DNA from: Felis catus
Taxonomy: Eukaryota
Assembly (NCBI RefSeq): GCF_018350175.1
Contig: NC_058383.1
Span: 23,624,001-23,688,000 of the forward strand
DNA length: 64,000 nt
Direction: 5' to 3'
Every line of letters begins with the position of its first letter. Positions within the stretch are counted from its first letter, which is position 1. A program made the translations under genes and the position numbers. Below are positions 1-11,454 of this stretch, piece after piece. The notes beneath the pieces are model-generated. The model saw only the letters and a list, made by a program, of their open reading frames with translations, was not told where the DNA came from and made no database searches.

Positions 1-117
1 TACAAGTGCTTCAGAAAAGAAACTGCTTTCTGAACAGAATGTGCTATGGAATGAGAAGGAGTAAAGCCCTTCTCTTTAAAGACAAAGATTGGAACATTAA
101 AAAAATTTGTATAAGAG

Positions 118-281
118 GGGGGTGGAAAGCCTGGGTGGCTCAGTCGTCTGACTTCAGCTCAGGTCATGATCTCGCAGTTCATGAATTCAAGCCCTGCATC
201 AGGCTCTGTGCTGACAGCTCAGAGCCTGGAGCCTGCTTCCGATTCTGTGTCTCCCTCTCTCTCTGCCCCTCCCCTGCTCAC

Positions 282-347
<66 letters not shown>

Positions 348-565
348 AGCATGCATCTCTCTCTTAAAAATAAATAAATATTAAAGAAAAAATTCTTAAG
401 ATAAAGGTTGGGGGTGCCTGGGGGGCCCAGGGCGTTGAGTGTCTGACTCTAGATTTCAGTGCAAGCCTGCTTAGGGTTCTCTCCCTCTCTCTCTGCCCCT
501 CCCCAGCTCACGGGCACATGCTCTCTCTCTCAAAATAAATTAATTAAAAATAAATAAATATAAAA
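118..565 (+). mobile_element. Two tandem Can-SINEs; the first carries an expanded (TG)n
   Basis: gcctgggtggctcagtc head, (CT)n tract, A-rich tails. Confidence 0.9.
284..343. repeat. (TG)~30 microsatellite
   Basis: Perfect dinucleotide run read directly. Confidence 0.98.
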
Positions 566-569
566 GTTG

Positions 570-1095
570 AAACCCATGCTCCTCCTGACCATTTGCATGA
601 TACAAATGCCAACTCCACAGCATTATTCAGAATCATCAAAAAGTGGAAACAAACCCAAACGTCCATCAACTGATGGATAAACAAGATATGACTGATCTAT
701 ACAACAGAATATGGATTATTCAACCATAAAAAGCAATGAAGTCCTGATTCAGGTGACAACATGGATGAACTGTGAAAACATTATGCTAAGGGAAAGAAGC
801 CAGTAACAAGTGGCCACAAATGATATGTTCACTTACATAAAATGTCCAGAATAGGCAGGTTCAGAGACAGAAAGTAGACCAGTTGCCAAGGGTTTGGGGG
901 CAGGGGGCAGTGGGGAGTGTCTACCAATGGATACACAGTTTCTTTCTGGAGTGATGAAAACGTTCTAAAACTAGAGAGTGATGGTGGTTGCACGACTGTG
1001 TAAATATATTGTACTAAAAAACATTGACTATACACCTTAAATGGATGAATTTTATGGTATGTGAACTATACATATCTCAATAAAGGTTATTTTAA
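570..1095 (+). mobile_element. Old L1M 3' end fragment
   Basis: Typical L1M 3'UTR motifs (ccatcaactgatggataaac, tggagtgatgaaaacgttctaaaactag, tatctcaataaa). Confidence 0.85.
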
Positions 1096-1189
1096 ACATA
1101 TATTTACATATCTAAATGTGGATAGCACTTTAATTAAAAGTGGTTTGAAAATTTAAGTGGCCAAACAAACCTCTCTAAAAACTGAAAAT

Positions 1190-1745
1190 TTTAAATGCAA
1201 ATCTGATCACATCACAACCCTGCTACACAGAAGTCTGAAGCTAATATCCAAAATGTTCAATATGGCTTACCAGGCCCTACACGATTTGTCCAGTCTGTAT
1301 CCACAGTCACCTCGTGACACTGCCTGCCCACCCATAACACCTGGCCATTCACTATGTCCTAACACTGCACCCCTCTCTTTTTCTGGAAGGCTCCTTTCCT
1401 CTGGATATCTCACATGGTGTTTGCTCCATCCCCTACATTTCCATCACCCCAACCCACTCTCTGTTTACCTGGTCAATTCAACCTAATACTAAAATATTTC
1501 TCCAAGTATGTTTGCCTTGAATTTGCAGACTAGGCTGGGTTCCCCCCATCCAAATACCTCTCTCCTACATCTCATATGTCTCCTTGGTAACATTTATGAA
1601 CATTGAACTAATAACTGTACATAATTGTATGTTCAGTGTATATCTTCCCAGAAAGAGATTTCATAAAGTGAGGGACAATGACGGACTTCAGTGCCTAATA
1701 CGGATACAGTGAACAATAAATGTTTGTCAAATGAACTACTGTTAA
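1190..1745. mobile_element. L2 fragment(s)
   Basis: aaatctgatcacatcac, caggccctacacgatttg and aataaatgtttgtcaaatgaa resemble degraded L2. Confidence 0.6.
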
Positions 1746-1939
1746 AATCACAGGCAGCCTTGGGGCATCTGGGTGGCTCAGTTAGTTGAGTTGCCGACTC
1801 TTGATTTTGGTTCAGGTCATGATTCCAGGGTCTTGGGATCGATCCCCGCATCAGGCTCCATGGTGAGTGTTGAGCATGGAGCCTGTTTAGGATTCTCTGT
1901 TTCTATCCCCTCTGCCCCTCCCATGCTCGCTCGCTCTCT

Positions 1940-1976
<37 letters not shown>

Positions 1977-2683
1977 GTTTAAAAAATAAAAAGAAATAAA
2001 ATCACAGGCAGCCTAACATAGAATTTGGAGTTTCTAGCAAAATCCTGGAGGGAATGAATATAAGGATAACCACAGAGATAGCTGTCACTGGGTTTCTGTC
2101 AATTTCTGAAACTCCAAGGTTTTTGAAAGGTCTTACTTTTCTAAGTTATTTTATTATTATACTTTATTTATTTATTTATTTATTTAATTTATTTATAGTA
2201 AACTCTATATCCAACGTGGGGCTCGAACTCATGATCCCGAGATCAAGAGTCATATGCTCCACTGACTGAGCCAGCCAGGCACCCCTGAAAGGTCTTGCTT
2301 AAACTCACTTCTGCAAACAGTGGTTAAACCTACCCACTCACCACAAAATTGCAACACCACAAGCAAGCAAGGAAGGATGACACTGACTAAAACACCTACT
2401 TTGTATCAGGCCCTTGGCCAAGTACATTCACAATTCATTTACCACCCCACAACTTCTGGACAAATGGGAAGCCTGGGGTTTCTGAGCACGTCCAGCTGAT
2501 TGAGGTTCCTATTCTAGGTGCATGTTGTTTTATAAAGGTTTCTTTCAAAGAAGTTTCTCCTCGGTCTACCCAGTGTGTCTGAGATTTATTTTCAGAAAAG
2601 AAAGCAGGACCATTCTGTCCAACTAAACTGGACGGGGGTGTGTTTAGAGAAAAGATAATCTGATCTAGATAGCAACTAAATTA

Positions 2684-2907
2684 CAGGGTTTCTCAACCTC
2701 AGCGTTACTGACATTTGGGGCCAGATAATCATAATTTGTTATGAGATGTGTCTGATGTATTAGAAGATATTTAGCAGCATCCCAAGCCTCTACCCATCAG
2801 CTGCCAGGAGCGCTCCCCACTCCCCTCCCATCAGGACCACCCAAAATGTCCCAGACATTGCCAAATGCCCCCTGGGGGACAAAATCACCACTGCTTGAGA
2901 ACCCCTA
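2684..2907. mobile_element. MER20 (hAT-Charlie DNA transposon relic)
   Basis: cagggtttctcaacc ... gcttgagaacccct terminal inverted repeats; internal cccagacattgccaaatgccccctggggg. Confidence 0.85.
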
Positions 2908-3985
2908 CATGGGCCTACCCAGAAAATTTCATTAGTGTTTCCTAATTATCCCAGCTTAACAGTGGTCTAGGGAAAAACTAAAGATGGACTTACACTCCAG
3001 AGGAGAGAAAAAAAATCAGAAACCAAGGGAATCAAGTAATGGGATTACGATCTTGGCCAAGAACTTCAAGCCTTAAATAAGCAGTCCCCTTGCCCTTAAG
3101 ATGAGATGCTGATAGAAAAATCAATGCAGGAGCCCCTGCCACCCCACTGGAGTTCCTCTCTCCAGACAACCCAGCTTAAATGAAAAGCTGTAATGAGCTC
3201 ACAGCACTGGGTGGCCTATCTGCAGGCTCCCATGCACTTTCAAGCAGGTGAGTTCTTTGAATGTGTGCTCCTCAAAGACTACAGAGACCAAGGTGCGCAG
3301 GCAAGAACAAAGCATCACGCTCATTAAACGTTCGCATTGGAAGGACTGTGTGCCAAGCCCACTGTGGGCTGGCCTCCTCAGCTGGAGACCAGTGCCGGGA
3401 AAAACGTCATTTTAGCATCTTCCTTCAAAGCTCACTTGAACTTTCTCCAATCCAAGAGGGTAAGGAAATCTTTTAAATAACGAATTCTAATCAAACCAGT
3501 TATACCATGCAGTCATCTACTAATGCCAAGTCCAAGGTAGGATGTGGTAATTAACCAGAACTTCTAAAAATTACAGTAAATACCATAAAATACAGTAAAT
3601 AGAGAACTTCTAAAAATACAGTAAATTACTTGCAACAAGACTGTAGCTATACTAAAGATCAGACAAATAGCCAAATGATGTAGACATGAGTTGTGAATGC
3701 ATATGTGACAATATTCGCTAATCAAAATATAAGGTATTAGGTCAGGTCCCATGAACATCTCCTAATCTTTATATAATCTTGGTGGATCAATCATTCTTTC
3801 AAAGCAGAAATATAATTTTCTGATGAGATTATATTTGCTTATCAAACAGAGGGATATAGTTAAAAGCTTATCAGAATTTATTTTTTAGTTCAATAGTCAA
3901 ACGTGTTATATAATTATCTTTTCTTCCAAAATACAGAGGACTTGAGCACAGTAGGTAATAGAACTGGAGTTAGGAAGTTATTTTA

Positions 3986-4560
3986 GGGGGGCACCCAGGT
4001 GGCTTAGTCAGTTAAGCATCGGACTTCAGCTCAGGTCATGATCTCACAGCTTGAGTTCAAGCCCCACGTCAGGCTCTGTGCTGACAGCTGGGAGCCTGGA
4101 GCCTGCTTCAGATTCTGTCTCCGTCTGATTCTTTGCTCCTCCCCTGCTCGCACACTGTCTCTGTCTGTCTCTCAAATATAAACATTTGAAAAAAGAAAGT
4201 TATTTTAGGGGTTGGGCGCCTGGGTGGCTCAGTCGGTTAAGTGTTCCACACTTCATCTTAGCTCAGGTCATGATCTCATGGTTCGGGAGTTCAACCCTGG
4301 CATCAGATTCTGCACTGATAGCACAGAGCCTCCTGCAATTCTGTCTCTCCCTCTCTCTGCCCCTTCCCCACTTGTGCTCTCTTTCTCTCTCAAAATAAAC
4401 TTAAAAAAAAAAAAGGTTATTTTAGGGGGCACCTGGGTGGCTCAGTCAGTTAGGCGTCCTACTCTTGATTTTGGCTCAGGTCACAATCTTAGGGTCATGA
4501 GATTAAACCCTATGTGAGCCCTATGTCGTGCTTAAGATTCTCTCTCCCTCACCCCCTTCG
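3986..4560 (+). mobile_element. Three tandem Can-SINEs
   Basis: Three SINE heads, each preceded by a(a/g)gttattttagggg. Confidence 0.9.
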
Positions 4561-5470
4561 CTACTGGTGCTTTATCCCCTAGATACAGGCACAGAGCCCC
4601 TAAGACTCTTGGGGCATCCCCTAAGTGTTAAAGAGTATCTTTCGGGGGCGCCTGGGTGGCTCAGTCGGTTAAGCATCCGACTTCGGCTCAGGTCATGATC
4701 TCACGGTTCATGGGTTCGAGCCCCGCATTGGGCTCTGTGCTGACAGCTCAGAGCCTGGAGTTGTTTCAGATTCTGTGTCTCCCTCTCTCTCTCTGCCCCT
4801 CCCCCACTCATGGTCTGTCTCCCTCCGTCTCAAAAATAAATAAACATTAAAAAAAATAAAAAAAAAAAAAGAGTATCTTTCGTATGCTAATATAGTGATG
4901 GGGGAGGGGGGTTTGAACTTTCAGCCCCACCTCCAACCTCTAGACAAAGGAGAGGAGTTAAGAGATCGAGTTCTATCACCAAAGGTCAGTGATTAAATCA
5001 ACCATGCCTAGGTAATGAAACCCTCAAAAAGCCCCTAAACAACATGGCTCTAGGGACTTCCAGGTTGCTGAACACCTGGAGAGGGCATGGAAGCTCTGTG
5101 CCACCTTCCACCTGCCATACCTTGCCCTATTCATCTCTTCCATTTGGCTTTCCCTGAATCGTATCCTTTATAATAAACCAGTAAACAAGTAAAATGTCTT
5201 CCTAAATGGAGTCATTCTAGCAAATTATCTAACCTGAGGGAGGGTTGTGGGAACCCCAGAATTTGTACACAAATTGGGCAGAAACATGGGGGGGGGTTCT
5301 CTATGTACCTCCAACTTGCAGCTGGCACCCGAAGGGAGGGCAGTCTTGCAGGATGGAGTCCTTAAACCTCTGGACAGATGTTAACTCCGGGTTGTGTCAG
5401 AACAGAAATGAATTGTAGGACACCCAGCCAGTGTCAAAGAAATAGTGGGTGTTGGAAAAAAGACACCATA
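4560..5470 (+). mobile_element. MER21-family ERVL solo LTR interrupted by a Can-SINE (4645-4870, 15-bp TSD aaagagtatctttcg)
   Basis: gaactttcagccccacctcc, gagagggcatggaagctc, atcctttataataaaccagtaaac and ctagcaaattatc match the recalled MER21 consensus. TSD copies at 4630-4644 and 4868-4882. Confidence 0.8.
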
Positions 5471-7739
5471 GGTACGATTTTTTTCCCAACATTAAACTTG
5501 ACCAAAGCATTCACAAACTGGATGAAAGCCAGAACTTGGGACACTTATCCCAACGTTGTCTCACTCACACACTACAAAACTGCAACTGGTGTTTTTGCAT
5601 ACAGCTACATAGATTCAATGTCTCCACACAGCTCTGCTAAGTGGGGGCAGTTTCCTACTAAGGAGACAGCCTACTTTCACAGACCCTCATACAACACAAG
5701 GCGTCCTAGGAGTGGCATCATGAAAAGGTGGGAAAAGCCTGGGCCTTGAAACCAGACAGAGCAGAGATCAAAACCCAACTCTGCCACCTACCAAGTATCT
5801 CCTGAGCAAGTGTCATCGCTCTTAGGCTCAACTGTCTATTAAAAAAGGGGGTGCGCCACCTACCTCTGGGAGTTGTTATGAGGATTAGAGAGAATCATTA
5901 TAGTGTCTGGCAGACAATAGAAACACAGTAACTTGATTTCCTTCCCCTTCCTGTCCAAGGACCACAAAAGCCAGTTAGAGAACTGAAGTTCAAGAGAATG
6001 CCTAAAAACCACACGGTAGGCCTGGGCACCCAGCCATTCTCAAAAGGAATGAGTAACCAAAGACCTGAGGCATTTAGCACCACTAAAAACAACTGGAAAG
6101 GCTCCACTGATGGGGTCCATGAACACAGAATCTTTTCTACTACGGAGGGTGGTCAGACTAAGCCTGACGACCTGGACCTGGCAGCTAAGGACTCAAAAAT
6201 CACATTCTAAGTTCTGCAATGAATCCTATCAGTCCAGACATTCAATCATTGACACTTCCTTGCACTGAAGCACAGCATAAGAGTCAACATGCAAACCATT
6301 CATTTTTCTTCCACAGATGACACAAGCCTAAACCAACAACCTCTTTATATGAGATTTCAATGTGTACAGTGACAAGGCACCCAAGTCCATGGAGGGAAAC
6401 AATTCATATGGATTAGATTAAGTTGTTTCAGCTTTGATTTAATAAACAAATAATTGGAAATTTTCATTTAAAATATGCACTCACTGTTAGAATTTTATAA
6501 TCCTAAGATTTTAACAATGCTTTAGAAGGTCTAAGCAATGGTCTTTTACTGGCAATCACCAGGGTGCCCTCAAGCACCTTCAAAGGGGAACATAAATGCT
6601 TCTAGTGTATTCAGCAGCAGAGAGAGATCCTGATATTCTGTGAAACTGAGGCAAACACTTGTTGTTTTTTCAATGTCTCTTTATTTTGAGAGAGAGACAG
6701 CATGAGCAGGCGGCAGGGCCAGCACAGAGAGAGGGAGACACAAAATCCAAAGCCAGCTCCAGGCTCTGAGCCTTCAGCACAGAGCCGGACACAGGGCTCA
6801 AACCCACAGACGGCGAGATCACCACCTGAGCCAAAGTCCAAAACTTAAATGACTGAGCCACCCAGGCACCCAGAGGCAAACATTTGGATAGTGTTTCAAC
6901 ACAATTGTAAGGAAGGAAAGAAACTCCTTTCAGAATCTCTTTGGTATTCAGCTGCAGAGGCCTCCAGATTCTGGAAGGCAGCTCAGAAGAGGATACAAAT
7001 CCATCAGTGTCCATCTGGCTAGCTGGTGACTGCCCTTGAGCATTGTTAACTTGTGCCTGACTTTGATCAGCCCCTGCAAGGTAAATGGGGAGTGAGGGGA
7101 CAGGACACCGAATCTGTCCATTAGCACAACCTGTGACCTATGGCTGTGATGTCCAAGTATTTTTTCATTTGGAAAAAACCCCCAGTTGTTTCAATTCCGT
7201 CTTACACCCCATCACCCCTTGCAACATAACACAGTTCAGAGCTTACAGAAGGTGAAAAAATAAGTCAGATATAACACAACCTTGCAGTTTTAAGTTATAC
7301 CTTGCTAATTCCAGATATTCAAGGTTACCTGTGCTCTTAAGAATCCTTACAGTACATCACCTGCAGAAACCTTCCTGGCTTGGTTCCAGGGAGTTCCATA
7401 ACAATTCTTTTGGCACTCCATCAGTTCAGAAACTACTGAATGACTATTATTATCAAGAACCTAGTTAGTGAAGCCTAAGAGTCCTTTCAAGTTTCAACAG
7501 CTCCATAATTGATGCATTAACTTGAAGTACTAGGTACAATGAGACAAAAACACTAGATGTAAAGTTTTTGTTGTTGCTATCTTCTTTTTAAGTTCCAAGC
7601 CTGCCAATGTTGAAAAGTGACATATCTAGTTTCTCACTGCCTGGCTCTACTTCTTCCCAATGAGGCAAACTATCCACCATGCAACCTGTGACCAAGAAAT
7701 GTGCTGCTGATGAAGGCAGCTGGAAACTTTCTCTGGAGA

Positions 7740-8280
7740 AGACTCTTTTTTTCTGTAAGGGGCTACAGAGTAAATAGTTCAGCTCGTGGGTCACACAGTA
7801 CCAACCACTGCTGCTGTAGTGTGGAGGCCCCTATGGGCAGTAAGTAAACGAATGTGATGGCTCTGTTCCAACAAGACCTTATTTGTGGATATTGAAATTT
7901 GAATTTCATATAAGAAATTTTCACATATTATAAAATATTACATGCTTTTGCAGTCATTTAAAAACGCAAAACTAGGGGCGCTGGGTGGCGCAGTCGGTTA
8001 AACGTCCGACTTCAGCCAGGTCACGATCTCGCGGTCCATGAGTTCGAGCCCCGCGTCAGGCTCTGGGCTGATGGCTCAGAGCCTGGAGCCTGTTTCGGAT
8101 TCTGTGTCTCCCTCTCTCTCTGCCCTCCCCCGTTCATGCTCTGTCTCTCTCTGTCCCAAAAATAAACGTTGAAAAAAAAATAAAAATAAAATAAAAATAA
8201 AAACGCAAAACTATTCTTACTTTACAGGCTGTAACAAACAAGTCAGTAAGCCCAATTTGGCCTGCAAGCCACATCCCAGC
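7740..8280. mobile_element. MER58B-like hAT element split by a young SINEC_Fc
   Basis: tttttctgtaaggggc...ttgaaatttgaatttcatataa...ccaatttggcc resembles MER58B. Confidence 0.75.
7975..8200 (+). mobile_element. Young felid SINEC_Fc
   Basis: Diagnostic gtggcgcagtcggtt...cagccaggtcacgatctcgcggtcc with CpGs retained; TSD taaaaacgcaaaacta at 7959-7974 and 8198-8213. Confidence 0.93.
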
Positions 8281-11168
8281 TCTAAGAGAAGCCCTTCCTT
8301 GCTTCTCTCTTGCTTAAAGTGAAAAATAATCCCAGCTTTGAAGCTAGCACGCCAAACCAAATTATTAAAATGGTGTTGCTACTATAGTTTTAGAACTACT
8401 TTAGGGCAAAAGAGCCTTGCAACTCATCTATGTCCAGGCTATCATAACTAAATAGCAATTTTTAATGATAAACATTTCCCAAGATTTCTCTTTTAACCAG
8501 AGAATCCTCCACCATAATTTCTTAATAAAATCATCATAAAGAAAACTTGTGCTAAGTACGGTTCAATTAAATCCATTGGGGCACCTGGGTGGCTCAGTCG
8601 GTTAAGCATCGACTTCAGCTCAGGTCATGATCTCATGGTTTGTGAGTTCGAGCCCTGCGTCAGGCTCTGTGCTGTAAGCTCAGAGCCTGGAGCCTGCTTC
8701 AGATTCTGTGTCTCCCTCTCTCTCTGCCCTTCCCCCGCTCACACTCTGTCTCTCTCTCAAAAATAAATAAAAAACATTAACTAAAAAAATTTTTTAAAAA
8801 TCCATAACCCCACTTTCATGCAACCCCAAAAGAATCAGATGTGGCTTGCTATGGAACCCACACTCCCAAATGAACACCAGAAAACTCTGTATAAAACTAT
8901 AAATGTGAAGAGGGCAAGAATGTTAGAGTCAAGTTACTTTACAAGTAAGAAAGTTCATAAGGCAAACCTAGGATCCTGGATTATAAAGAAGATAACAAAT
9001 GAGCGCAGGCACTCTGCAGAGAGGGGTCTCCTCTTTCACTTTATCTCACCGTGGTCTCTATACACACATTTCTTTTGTTCATTTTAATCTTTATTCACAG
9101 GCAATATTTTCATACGTCAATGCATCACTGGATTGATCACTCTAAGGAAGAGTCAATCTGCCCCTAAATATTCAGAAAGTACCAGATTAGTCTTCACTTT
9201 GGAGAAATTAGTGGCCAAATTGTTGGTCCAACTGGTTGAAACACACAAGTACACATATAACTCAGTATCTCAGAAGTGTAACAAAGTAAATGGGGTATCA
9301 GAAACCAGTATTAGTAACTGATTCAGTTTTTAAAAGGCACACAATTAGAAAGTATCTCCTGTTAGGAAGTACTTATTATGAGGCTATGTCTCCAGCTATA
9401 GTCTACCCAGACTCCACGAAAAATCAAATTATGTAAACAGTTTTTCAGTTTTTTAAATATAACCAATTCTTTTATAAGCATTATGTAAATATATTACATA
9501 CAAAATATATATATAATAAATCAAATGTTATAGTAGAGGTAATCACAAGTGTCATAAACACCTACAGCTAAGAGACTCCACCATAATTCCACATCAGTGG
9601 AAATAAGCTTCCTTTTTGTCCTAACTGGAACATTACTTCTACCAATTGTTGAAAATGACATTTCTAATTCATTGTTTTATGCCACTATCCATATTCCACG
9701 TGGATATGTGACATTTGGTAACTGTACATTATCACTGCAGTACTTTAGAATTGTTTCTCTATGAACGATTAATGTAAGTAATTTATAGCGAAGAATGTGG
9801 TTTCACAACTGAAGATCACCTACTGACTTTATGTACTCTCCTAACAATATCATAGGCATGACTACCTAACAAATCAAAATAGCTCTGGGATCACAAAAAA
9901 ATTTTATGGGAATTTAGGACTTCCTTTAAAAATAGAAAATGGGCCACAATCAGTAATTACTAAATAAAAACTATAAGCTACTTTCCTTAATGAATTGCTT
10001 TATGTCCTTAGATAATTCTTTACTTTCATTAAAACACACGAAATCAACCCGAATGTAAACTCTCTGAACGCCTGGCATAACAAGAAATGTAACATAGGAA
10101 AATGAGAAATCTATGAAAACGTTAAGTCATAAGATGGGGAATAACCACTTACTGCTCTCTCGAAAGGCAAAATGCACTATAAATGCTAGCAATTATAAAC
10201 CAACACTCCGACAGAGTTTAAAAGCCTCTTTTCAATGAATGCAAGGTTAACCACAAACTATATTATGGTCAAAAATGAAATATCACTCTTAATTCCACAG
10301 CTGACCTGCACATACTTCTGTAAGTGGCACGAAACTAAGCTAATGAAAAGACTGCCTAACCGGTCACATCGCGTCGTTCACGATCCACAACTCTGAAAAG
10401 AATTCACTCCTCCCTAATTCTGTTTTAAAAACCCTTCCAGGAAAAGCTTGCATCATCTTCCTTCTTACCACATCTTTCTGGTCGACTACCAACACAGAAG
10501 TTAAAAGGAGATCTCTCTTTGGTAGGAGAGGAAGGTTCAGCAGGATGGGAGTGTGAGGACCTGTCAAACACATTTAACTGCTGAGGGAAAATGTCACCCG
10601 AATAAGCCCAGAGGGTTAAATGGCTCACAATGCACGGTTAAATTTCTTTATGGCCCTTTGTACGTTCAGAGATTCAACCAGACAAAAAGAAGGACCTGCT
10701 TTTCGCTTTGATTCCCCGGGGGTGATGAAGGCGGTCGAGGGCGATGGGTTTGGTCTGGTCGTTTACATCGCAGGCCCCGGTGCCAGATGGATGCCCGTGG
10801 CCACGCGCTCGCCCCAAAGTTCCTGCGTCGTGCCGCCCGGCGCCTGCAATCACCGCCTGGCACCCGGGAACAATGCGGGGCGCCGGGGCGCCCACACCCG
10901 GGCCCGGGAAGGAACGGGAGGCCGTTGTCCGCCCGCGCCCGGGAACAAAAGGCGCGGCGGGGCCCGGGCCGAACGCTCGAGGGTCGCGGAGCCAGCGCCC
11001 GGCGGGGACGACGTCGGGGAAACTTTCCGAGGGGCCGAGGCGGCGGGGCGAGGGCCCGGGGAGGCCCTCTCGCCGCGAAGCCCCGCACAATAGCCGGGCC
11101 GAGCGCGGGAAGGCCGGGCCGCCACGCCCCCGCCCCCGCCGGGCCCGGGCCCGACCCCGGCCGCGTAC

Positions 11169-11333
11169 CTGGTGGTTCTCCTTCCTGCCGCCCGCGGCCG
11201 CCGCCGGCCCGCCGGGGCCGCTCGTCATGTTCACGTACAGGGAGCGGGTGAGCGGGCTCCGCAGCGTCCACATCCTCCGCGCCAGCCACACGGACGCCAG
11301 GCTCAGGCACAGCCAGCCCGCGAACAGTCTCAT
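11169..11333 (-). CDS. METTL9: METTL9 (protein-histidine N1-methyltransferase, DREV1), first coding exon, 55 codons
   Basis: Translates to MRLFAGWLCLSLASVWLARRMWTLRSPLTRSLYVNMTSGPGGPAAAAGGRKENHQ, which I recognise as the mammalian METTL9 N-terminus. ATG at 11333; phase-0 donor CAG|GTACGC (GT at 11168-11167); inside a CpG island. Exon 2 (WYVCNREK...) was not found in 1-11168, so it is presumably left of the window. Confidence 0.97.
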
Positions 11334-11358
11334 CGGGGGCCGCGGCCGCTCGTTCGGA

Positions 11359-11454
11359 TCACCGCCGGCGCCGGGGCGAGGAGGAGGAGGCGCCGCCGCC
11401 TCCGGCCGCCGCCGCCGCCGCCCGGACTCGAGCCATCGCGCCCAACTTGCCCAT
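11359..11454 (-). promoter_or_regulatory. Upstream ORF (31 aa) in the presumptive METTL9 5' leader
   Basis: In-frame ATGs at 11454 and 11436, TGA at 11361-11359, 25 nt before the METTL9 ATG. MGKLGAMARVRAAAAAAGGGGASSSSPRRRR*. Functional only if the TSS is upstream. Confidence 0.5.

Noticed and set aside
5378..5749. 123-aa plus-strand ORF
   Set aside because: Starts in the MER21 LTR, ends in a MIR, has no recognisable homology, and is antisense within METTL9 intron 1.
7329..7360. 32-nt minus-strand micro-exon candidate in METTL9 intron 1 (ctgcag|...CAG|gtaacc)
   Set aside because: Poor pyrimidine tract, frameshifting, and does not match the METTL9 exon 2 sequence.
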